Source: a bacterium (GTDB lineage Bacteria; UBA8248). Taken from it: a DNA stretch of 64,000 nucleotides. Each line of letters starts with the position of its first letter. Within the stretch, counting starts at the first letter, position 1. Both the position numbers and the translations under genes were made by a program. Under the pieces are notes generated by a model. That model was not told the DNA's origin and ran no database searches. It worked only from the letters and a program-made list of their open reading frames with translations. Below, piece after piece: positions 50,586 to 58,791 of this stretch. Location of the stretch: assembly GCA_965200245.1 (NCBI GenBank), contig CBDATS010000008.1, positions 333,183-397,182 of the forward strand, written 5' to 3'.

Positions 50586-51767
50586 TCAGTTGCGCGTCGC
50601 GCCGAACGCGCCGGGCACCGTGTCTGCGGCCCACGTTTGCAGTTCGGTAAAGTCCGCACGTCCGTTCATTGTCAGGAGGTTGACACTGATCGAGGCATTG
50701 CCTCCTGCCACCCGCAGGTCGGGCGTGAAGCCAAGCAGGCCACCGTTCCATGTCACGGTCCCCGAAAGACTGCCGTTGTCCTGGAGCGCACCCTGAGGCT
50801 CGTCGCCCGATGTCCAGGGCATGCTCACGCCGTTGCTGTGGCGCACGCCGAACGAGAAGTTGCCGAGTTCGCCGCTGAGGTGGATGGTCTCCCGGGACCA
50901 GTCTCCCAGATCCAGAACCGACAGGTCCTCGGGTTGCGTCCCTTCGCCCAGTCTCGTGTAGAGCGCAAGGAGCGCTGCCGCGTCAACAGCCGGCAGCGAG
51001 CCATCCAGGCGGAACCACGAGTTGTACATGTTGGAGTCCTCGAAGGCCGGTGCCTCGACATGCCCGTGCAACCCGAGCGCGTGCACCAATTCGTGCACGA
51101 GCACAGAGACCGCTTGATGATCGGGGCGGAAGTCAAAAGTACCTCTGGCCATCTCGACGGACGAGGCTCGCGCCCCCTTCTTCTCCCATCGGCCCTGTCT
51201 CTCGTCGTACTCCTGGTACAAGGAAAGAGGTGCCCACGCTATCCCCCCGGTAGGTGCTGTCCTGGTAGGTAATGATTCGACGAATTCGACGAAAATCTGG
51301 CCGTCCGGGACGTTCGGAAGAGACTCTTCCCACTCACCTGCGGCGCCGGCGGGCGCATCGGCCCCGAAAGTCAGATGATGCTCGTAGGGGAGTGCACGGT
51401 TGACGAGCGCGACCGCGTACATGATGATCGCCCGCTCACGCCGAGTCGCACTTTCTGCTATTCGGACAGTGGGTGCCGACGGGAACCGCACGAGCCCCGG
51501 ATCATGTGGACCGTAATAGGAGTTTGGCCCGTCTTTCCACGGACCTCCGCTCGCGTGTACGCCCATGTATTCGACGATTCGACTCGCTTGCTCGCCATCG
51601 TGGGACAGTCGCTACGAAGTCGTAACTGAGTCAAACGGCTCTTCCGGGACCACCGGATCCGGCATGACCATTGGGGGCGATGAAGCAGAGTTACTTCCCC
51701 CGCCCCCTCCACCACATCCAGGCAACGCCAATACCACGACAAGACACATTACAGCCCATGTTTTCAT
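50586..51767 (-). pseudogene. Lipoprotein with HExxHxxGxxGH Zn-metallopeptidase motif and C-terminal beta-barrel-like region; in-frame TAG at 51612-51614
   Basis: RBS GAGGGGAAGG; MKTWAVMCLVVVLALPG-CGGGGGGS lipobox and linker in frame with the 50586..51566 ORF through one TAG; HELVHALGLHGH. Confidence 0.75.
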
Positions 51768-52009
51768 TTCACCTTCCCCTCATATGATGACAAAAATCCG
51801 AACTTCCCGATGAGGCTGGGCCGTGTTTACTTATTGGGGAGTGTGGAAACGGGTAAAAATAGAACCGATCAGTGTATCCGCAAGTGAGCACACGCGCATT
51901 CGTGGAGGATTATACACATAACTAGCCATCAGCCTCTTGAGAGGAGCCCGATTTTCTCCCTGGATACTAGCAAGATAGACAGTTTGCAGTGAATCGGGGA
52001 GACTGGAAA

Positions 52010-52615
52010 ATGGCAAAGCAGGATCCGGGCTAAGGCGCATCGGGAAGGACTGATGGTCATCGAACTGGTCAAGGTGTTTTCCGACAATGAAGCGGCGGAA
52101 AAGTGGTTCTAGGCGCAGCGCTAGCTGGAAGGCCGGTTCTGCCCGGGCTGCGGTTCAGCCAACACGGTTCTGCTTCCGACCCGCAAGTCCATACCTCATC
52201 GCTGCCGGTTCTGCCGGGGGCACTTCTCGATCAAGAAGGGCACCGTCATGCAGTTCACCAAGTTCGGGCTGCAAAAGTGGGTCATTGCCATCTACATGAT
52301 AACCACCAGCCTCAAGGGCACTTCTACCATGGGGCTGGACTCCGGCAAGCAACCACGTGGTTCCTGATGCAGCGCACCCGCGAGGGATTCGACCTTGGCG
52401 AGGGGGGACCGTTTCCCGGCCCTGTCGAGACCGACAATACCTATGTGTGCTGTGTGCGGGAAACGGAAGGTCAAGAGGAAGGCACTCACGAGGCACTGCG
52501 GTGCGGGGAAAGTGGTTGTTGCAAGCTCGAAGGATCGGACGAACAACTGCGTCTCCGCCCGCCTCGACACCCGAACCTCCACCTTGCAAGGCTTCGTCTC
52601 TGACCACGCCGCGCC
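52010..52615 (+). pseudogene. IS1595-family transposase remnant
   Basis: Across frames: PG.KAHREGL, F.DNEAAEKWF*AQR*, CPGC...CRFC Zn ribbon, KGTVMQ..K.GLQKW, Q.TTWFLMQR, VETDNTYV; several frameshifts and stops. Confidence 0.85.
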
Positions 52616-52619
52616 GAAG

Positions 52620-52734
52620 AGCGGCCGCTCTCGCAATCGAATTGCCAGATTGCGGCGCTCGTGTTCTTACACGGAACATGCGGGATTTTTCGGAAACGAG
52701 CGATGTTGTGATTGATCCATGGGCGGGCGCATGA
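52620..52734 (+). pseudogene. C-terminal fragment of PIN-domain (VapC-like) toxin
   Basis: ...GARVLTRNMRDFSETSDVVIDPW matches the VapC C-terminal TRN.RDF......DPW pattern. Confidence 0.6.
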
Positions 52735-53466
52735 AGTTATTGCTGCAATTGGCGCGGCACTGCACGCAACCTGTACGAGGACTCCATACCGGCGTTTGCA
52801 AGCGCTTGGAGGAGCCGAGGATCTGGGGAGGCCGCCTTATTGCTTCTGTGTATCGCAGGCCTAGGTACTGAGGGAAGAAGTTTTGCCCGGTTCGCTGTCG
52901 GACCGCTTGTGGCGCATCATCCGATGTTGCAGCGGGAATAGCTTGCACTGGAGGAGACTGCAAGGATTCGGCGCGAGGCGACCCGGCGGTTGCTGGAGTA
53001 CCGTTTGGTCTGCCTGACTCCGGGAACCCGGGGAACGGATCTGCTGACCAAGACTACATTCGGCAAGCTTTTAGGGGCGATCGAGTCTGACCTGATCCTG
53101 AAAAACAGAGCCGATGCCCCGAGAAACTCTTGGACCGCGGCCTACTGTGGCCCCACGAGATGGAGTCATTTGTACCAACAAGGGTCTCGCGAAAAGCCTC
53201 AAATCGCCTCCTGGGACAGTACCGACCCGCTGAAGTGTCTGCCGTCGTTGGGTGGAGCCATGAAGACCTGAGACCGGGGCACGATTCCTTCAAATGTGAT
53301 GCATGGGAGGTTATCGTGTCAGAACTCGTATTAAACCACTCCCTTGATGAACCCTTCGATGGATGGAATATCTAGAATATGAGAAATTTACATGGGATAA
53401 GCTTGATTTATATTTTCATTTGTGGGTGTTTCAGTGAAGTCTCCTAAATGTCCAGGAGGAAGTGCC

Positions 53467-53979
53467 ATGGTTTCTTCTTACACACGAGACGAAATTTGGT
53501 ACACGCTTCTAGATGTGGATCGTCAAGCACGCTATTTCAATCGCGTGGCGACTCGGTACGGGAGGGGAAGCGGTTTCGTGCGCGTAGCCTTGTTCGTGAT
53601 TTCCGCTACGGGAGCGTTTACTTTGCTGAACCAGTGGACGTGGTGGATTCAGTTGGTAATAACCTTGGCTCTTGGAATAGTCCTTGCAATCGATTTTTGG
53701 CTCAATCTTGGCAGAATGGCCATAGTGCTACATACGATCAGCATCGAATATAATCGGATTGAAGACGAATGGCGGGAGCTGTGGAATGATGTAAATCAGC
53801 CGGATGCTTCGGAAGACGACATTCGGGAAAGAAGTCGGAACCTCAAGGGACAAATGTCGATCGTAGACGCACGTGTAAGGGATAGTTATATCGGGATGGA
53901 CGACAAATTGAATGAGAAATGTGCCCATGAAACGTATCAAGTGATGGCGAATGAATTTAATGCCGAATATCCGTCCTAA
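53467..53979 (+). CDS. Two-TM helical membrane protein, SLATT-like
   Basis: AGGAGGA RBS; N-terminal helix (RQARYF), two adjacent TM helices, C-terminal helical region (W.ELW). Confidence 0.65.
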   Translation: MVSSYTRDEIWYTLLDVDRQARYFNRVATRYGRGSGFVRVALFVISATGAFTLLNQWTWWIQLVITLALGIVLAIDFWLNLGRMAIVLHTISIEYNRIEDEWRELWNDVNQPDASEDDIRERSRNLKGQMSIVDARVRDSYIGMDDKLNEKCAHETYQVMANEFNAEYPS

Positions 53980-54076
53980 ACCAGATGGTATACTAAAAGC
54001 ACCGATTCCCAGACCTCCCCGGCCCACCACCTCCGCTACCACCTCTCCCGCTACCTTCCAAGAAACAGTTCCATAA
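53960..54076 (+). CDS. Possible proline-rich micro-ORF (38 aa) overlapping the SLATT-like gene end
   Basis: MPNIRPKPDGILKAPIPRPPRPTTSATTSPATFQETVP*; no independent evidence of translation. Confidence 0.3.
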   Translation: MPNIRPKPDGILKAPIPRPPRPTTSATTSPATFQETVP

Positions 54077-54139
54077 CCAGTGACTCACCGCAGGTTGTGA
54101 TAATTCTAGGCAACTTGTAATAAGAACTCACTTCATTCC

Positions 54140-54232
54140 TATATTATATGAAACTTGCAATATATATCTTCCAGAGCATTTATATTATAGCTAACCTTTA
54201 ATAATCCGGTTAAAAATCTCTTTATATTATAG
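54140..54232. promoter_or_regulatory. Three phased TATATTATA repeats upstream of fic
   Basis: Copies start at 54140, 54181 and 54223; the last two extend to TTTATATTATAG. Confidence 0.45.
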
Positions 54233-54283
54233 TTAATATGTAATATAAGGTCGTTTCGCCTCTATAATTAGGGAAGGATCAGC

Positions 54284-55465
54284 ATGACCGAGCCCCAAGA
54301 CGATTATACAGATCGAGCAGGGGTTTACAGGCGACAATTGGGCGGTTACCGGGCCTTCATTCCGGCGCCCTTGCCGCCTGCTCCGTCCATCGAATTCACC
54401 AGCGAGTTGCAGATGTTGCTCTCCCAAGCCGACCGCGCCCTGGGCCGTCTCGACGGATCGATACAGACATTGCCCCATACGGATTTGTTCGTTCTCATGT
54501 GCGTCCGCAAGGAGGCCGTGTTGTCGAGTCAGATTGAGGGAACGCAAAGTTCGTTGCAGGACCTGCTGGCGGCTGAGGCAAGGATATTCGCCCCGAATCG
54601 AGCGAACGATGTGGGCGAAGTGTTGAACTATGTCAATGCCATGAACCACGGCTTGGATAGCCTCTCTGAAATACCGGTTTCGATCCGCCTGATCCGCGAA
54701 ATCCATGCCAGACTTCTTCAAGGTACTCGGGGTTCGCATCTCACGCCGGGGGAGTTACGTAATAGCCAAAACTGGATCGGTCCTGCTGGCTGCTCGCTTC
54801 ATGAAGCTCTCTTCGTGCCGCCTCCACCCGATCAGGTTTTTGAGAATATGTCGCAGTTGGAACGATTCATCCATACCGATACCGACTTGCCTCTTCTGGT
54901 TAAAATCGGACTCGCCCATGCCCAGTTCGAGACGATCCACCCTTTCCTGGATGGGAATGGGCGCGTAGGGCGGCTGCTCATCACCTTTTTGCTTTGCGAA
55001 CAGGGGGTGCTGCAAAAACCGGTTCTCTATCTCTCTTGGTTCTTCAAGCGACATCGGCAGCAGTATTACGACGAACTGCAATCGGTGCGTGACGCAGGGA
55101 CATGGGAGCGGTGGCTCACCTTTTTTCTGCGCGGGGTCGTGGAGGTGAGCGAGCAGGCAACCGACACGGCGAGACGGATACTATCTCTTCGTGAAGAACA
55201 TCGCCGTGTGATCACCGACAGCTTCGGCCGCGCCGCCGCCAACGGGCATCGTGTTCTGGAACATATCTATGAACACCCCATCGTATCGGTAAGCGATGTG
55301 TTGCGTCTGACCGGAACGACCTACGTCGCGGCGAACAATCTGGTTGCGCGAATGACAGATTGCGGAATTCTCGACGAATTCACCGGCCGGACCCGCAACC
55401 GGAGGTTCGGGTATCGAAACTACATCGACCTGTTCCACGATCCCGAACCGGAGACCAATCCATGA
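54284..55465 (+). CDS. Fic family protein (class II, N-terminal inhibitory motif, C-terminal HTH)
   Basis: HPFLDGNGRVGR catalytic motif; SSQIEG inhibitory motif; F.P.PLPP N-terminus; C-terminal winged-helix (TGR.RNR.F.Y). Confidence 0.93.
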   Translation: MTEPQDDYTDRAGVYRRQLGGYRAFIPAPLPPAPSIEFTSELQMLLSQADRALGRLDGSIQTLPHTDLFVLMCVRKEAVLSSQIEGTQSSLQDLLAAEARIFAPNRANDVGEVLNYVNAMNHGLDSLSEIPVSIRLIREIHARLLQGTRGSHLTPGELRNSQNWIGPAGCSLHEALFVPPPPDQVFENMSQLERFIHTDTDLPLLVKIGLAHAQFETIHPFLDGNGRVGRLLITFLLCEQGVLQKPVLYLSWFFKRHRQQYYDELQSVRDAGTWERWLTFFLRGVVEVSEQATDTARRILSLREEHRRVITDSFGRAAANGHRVLEHIYEHPIVSVSDVLRLTGTTYVAANNLVARMTDCGILDEFTGRTRNRRFGYRNYIDLFHDPEPETNP

Positions 55466-55770
55466 CGACCCGCTTCAATTTATATGCCGACGGATCTCCG
55501 CTATGGTGTCCGGCTACTCGACTTCACGCACTGTCAGTGCCTTGCCGCGCCGGTTATCGCTCGCCGTATTGAGCCATTCGTCCATGTCCTCGGTGCCGGT
55601 CCTTTGATTCGGACGAGTATGAGCACCATGTTCCTCTGGGAAATGCGAATTGAACAGGGAGCCGATTGTCCAAAGAACCTTTGGTTGATTCGCAGGTCCA
55701 TGTATGATCGTCTTTGAACCTTCTGGCAGAATAAACATGAGCACGAAATTATCTGAGTGATTTTTCAGGG

Positions 55771-57807
55771 GTGGCCTGTGCATTGAGTCTCGTAGGGATA
55801 GATACTGGAGGAACATTCACTGACCTCGTTTTCTATGATGAAGACGAGGAGCGGATTGTGGTTTCCAAGATTCCCACGCTTCGTGGAAAAGAGGACGCCG
55901 TTTTTCTTGAGGCGATGAGGGGCCTTGACCTCGCCGGCATCAGACGGATTACGCACGGAACGACAGTCGGTACCAACGCAATCCTCGAAGGTGCGGGTGC
56001 GCGCACGGCACTCCTGACGACGCGCGGTTTTCGCGACGTTCTGGAGGTTGGCCGAACACAGCGACTCGTGCCCCAGAGTCTTTTCGACCCAAAGTTTGTC
56101 CGCCCGAAGCCTGTCGTCCCCCGCGAGATGCGGCTCGAAATCGAGGAGCGCGTCTTGGCCGATGGACAGGTGGAAATCCGCGTGGAAAAAGCGCAGGTTC
56201 AAAAACTGGCTGAACTATTGAAACACCTGGGCGCGGAAGCCCTCGCCATCTGCTATCTCCATGCCTATGCCAACGGAGAAAACGAAAGAAACACGGCGGA
56301 ACTTTTGGAGGAAATGCTGCCTGGGGTCTATCTTGCGCTCTCTCATGAGGTCGTGCCCGAATACCGCGAATTCGAGCGTTTCTCCACAGCGGCGATGAAC
56401 GCCTACCTCGGTCCCAAAATAAGAAACTATATGAGCCGTCTGGAAGGAGTGCTCGGAGAGCAGGGCTGCCACGCGCCGCTTTTCATTATGGCGTCCGGCG
56501 GCGGGATGCTCGACGCGGAACGGGCGGCACGATTTCCTGTACGCACGATACTCTCAGGCCCGGCCGGAGGTGTGGTGGGCGGGGTGTCTCTCGCCGAGTC
56601 GCTGGGGGTTGACCACTTGATCACATACGATATGGGCGGTACGAGCACAGACGTGTGCCTCATTCGCGATCGTATGCCCATTGTCAGCACGAACAACACC
56701 ATCGGCGCATATCCGCTCAAGACCTCGCAGCTTCAGATCAACACCGTGGGTGCAGGGGGAGGGAGTATCGCCTGGCGTGATGAGGATGATGTGCTCCACG
56801 TGGGGCCGAAGAGCGCGGGTGCATGTCCAGGGCCGGCCTGTTACGGACTTGGAGGCGAGGAGCCAACGGTGACGGACGCGAATGTCGCGCTATCGCGCAT
56901 CGGCCCGCGCACCCTGCTGGCCGGGCGAATCGAGCTCCACCCCGAAAAGGCGGAACGCACACTCGCGTCGCTAGCCGGGGCGCTCGGGATTTCAGACGCC
57001 GTTTCGATGGCACGCGGGGTAGTTGACCTGGCCATCATGAAGATGGTGAGTTCAATCCGAGAGATTTCTATCGAGCGTGGCTTCGACCCCAGGGAACACA
57101 CGTTGCTTGCCTACGGCGGTGCAGGGCCTTTGCACGCCGCCCAGATAGCGAAAGAACTCTCCATGTCGAGCGTTGTGGTACCACGCTTTCCGGGGAATTT
57201 CTCCGCCGTGGGTCTCCTCATGGCAGACGTGATTCAGGAAAACGTCGGAACGTGTTTCGTCGCTCTGGAAGATGCACGTGAAAGTGCCCTTGATCGCATT
57301 TTCGAGAATTTGATGACTCCCTGCGCCAGGCAGATGTATAAGTCGGGGCTGAATGAAGTCGAGACACTCCGCTACGTGGACGTTCGCTACGTGGGGCAGG
57401 CGTTCGAACTCACGATTCCGGTACCAGAGAGCAAAGACTGGCTCGATTCTCTTGGCGGGGATTTCCACTCCCACTATGAGGCGCGTTACGGGCATTGTCA
57501 TCCGGGTGATGCGCTTGAGATTGTGAACCTGAGGGTGCGGGTTTCTGGCAAGGTGGACAAGCTGGGGTGGGTGAATGTGGAAAATCCAGGCGGCGGACTT
57601 GAAGACGCGCTCCAGGAGAGAAGAAGCGTCGTGTTCGAAGAAAATATTCCCGATTGCCCCGTCTACAGGCGCGATTCCCTGCCGATGGACTTGGAGATTA
57701 GCGGGCCTGCGGTAATTGAGGAATACGGAGCAAATACTCTCGTACCCCCCGGCTGGACCGTGAGGCGGGACCCGCATGGGCACCTTCACTTGGGTGCACC
57801 GGGTTGA
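55771..57807 (+). CDS. Hydantoinase A/5-oxoprolinase family subunit
   Basis: GIDTGGTFTD, HGTT..TNA, SGPAGG, DMGGTSTD, GAGGGS, SAGA.PGPACY..GG..PTVTDA. Confidence 0.95.
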   Translation: MACALSLVGIDTGGTFTDLVFYDEDEERIVVSKIPTLRGKEDAVFLEAMRGLDLAGIRRITHGTTVGTNAILEGAGARTALLTTRGFRDVLEVGRTQRLVPQSLFDPKFVRPKPVVPREMRLEIEERVLADGQVEIRVEKAQVQKLAELLKHLGAEALAICYLHAYANGENERNTAELLEEMLPGVYLALSHEVVPEYREFERFSTAAMNAYLGPKIRNYMSRLEGVLGEQGCHAPLFIMASGGGMLDAERAARFPVRTILSGPAGGVVGGVSLAESLGVDHLITYDMGGTSTDVCLIRDRMPIVSTNNTIGAYPLKTSQLQINTVGAGGGSIAWRDEDDVLHVGPKSAGACPGPACYGLGGEEPTVTDANVALSRIGPRTLLAGRIELHPEKAERTLASLAGALGISDAVSMARGVVDLAIMKMVSSIREISIERGFDPREHTLLAYGGAGPLHAAQIAKELSMSSVVVPRFPGNFSAVGLLMADVIQENVGTCFVALEDARESALDRIFENLMTPCARQMYKSGLNEVETLRYVDVRYVGQAFELTIPVPESKDWLDSLGGDFHSHYEARYGHCHPGDALEIVNLRVRVSGKVDKLGWVNVENPGGGLEDALQERRSVVFEENIPDCPVYRRDSLPMDLEISGPAVIEEYGANTLVPPGWTVRRDPHGHLHLGAPG

Positions 57808-57825
57808 TTCATCTTTGGGAAACAT

Positions 57826-58791
57826 ATGAACGAGGCAGTGAAATACGGATACGGCTACGGGATGCAACCGGGTGAGGTTCCCTCTCATACCGAATTTCTG
57901 GGCTTTGCCGAAAAAGTGGAAGAGGCGGGTTTCGATTCCTTCTGGTTGGACGATCACATCGCCTTCCACGGCAATTTTCTGGAGAGTCTCGCCGCGCTTG
58001 CTGCAGCAGCCGCGCGGACGGAGCGCATCGTTCTCGGGAGTCTCGTCTATCTCCTGCCTTTGAGGCGGCCTGCCATCGCGGCGAAGGCGGCGACCACTGT
58101 GGATTACCTGAGCGAGGGCGGGCGCTTCATCTTCGGCGTGGGTGTGGGTGGCGAGGAGGCGCGTGAGTTCAAGGTCTGCGGTGTGCCTAGGACAGAACGC
58201 GGTGCACGGACGGACGAGGCCATCGTGGTTTTGCGCAAGTTGTGGTCAGGGAATGCGGTCAGTCACGAGGGGAGGTTCTTTCGCTTCTCGAATGCGCGAC
58301 AAAGTCCATCGCCGCCGAGTCCTGGCGGCCCGCCGATATGGGTGGGCGGCAGGAGCGAGGCCGCACAAAGGCGCGCCGCATTGTTGGCGGACGGCTATGC
58401 GCCCTATCTTTTTTCTCCCTCTCGCTACGAGCAGGCACTGGAATGCGTTCGCCGTTATGCGGAAGAGGCAGGGCGCGTGATAGACGATCCTGAAAGGCCC
58501 TGGACGCCAGCGCTTCATCTGTTCGTGAACCTAGGTGAAAAAGAGAGGGATGCGCTTGATGCAGGGGCGGAAAATCTATCCGTGAGATATGGGATGGATA
58601 TGCGCGAGGCGGCGAAGAGATACCTGCTGTATGGTTCAGTTGCGCGATGCGCCGAGCGAATCGCCGCCTACCGCAAGGCGGGCGTTCGACACTTCATCTT
58701 CAAGACAGCCGCGCCCGCGAACGAGGAGGCAGAGCACATGAAGAAACTCGCCCAGGAATTCCTGCCCGAGGTAAAGCGCCATGTCGGCTGA
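57826..58791 (+). CDS. LLM-class flavin/F420-dependent oxidoreductase
   Basis: GFDSFW..DH, T.RI.LG, GRF.FG.G.G, PPIWVGG.S. Confidence 0.9.
   Translation: MNEAVKYGYGYGMQPGEVPSHTEFLGFAEKVEEAGFDSFWLDDHIAFHGNFLESLAALAAAAARTERIVLGSLVYLLPLRRPAIAAKAATTVDYLSEGGRFIFGVGVGGEEAREFKVCGVPRTERGARTDEAIVVLRKLWSGNAVSHEGRFFRFSNARQSPSPPSPGGPPIWVGGRSEAAQRRAALLADGYAPYLFSPSRYEQALECVRRYAEEAGRVIDDPERPWTPALHLFVNLGEKERDALDAGAENLSVRYGMDMREAAKRYLLYGSVARCAERIAAYRKAGVRHFIFKTAAPANEEAEHMKKLAQEFLPEVKRHVG

Larger units (their letters stand above)
50420..55770. mobile_element. Decayed accessory island inserted between hydantoinase B and A genes
   Basis: AT-richer segments, IS remnant, TA/defence-type fragments; separates normally adjacent partner genes; boundaries approximate. 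Confidence 0.6.

Noticed and set aside
40735-51767. Genome-wide TAG reassignment or pyrrolysine
   Set aside because: Many conserved genes end at TAG at their expected C-termini, no pyl genes or tRNA-CUA are visible, and the IS carrying TAGs is also frameshifted
52990-53375. Named gene call for the frameshifted fragment
   Set aside because: Looks coding across two frames, but I cannot recognise the family
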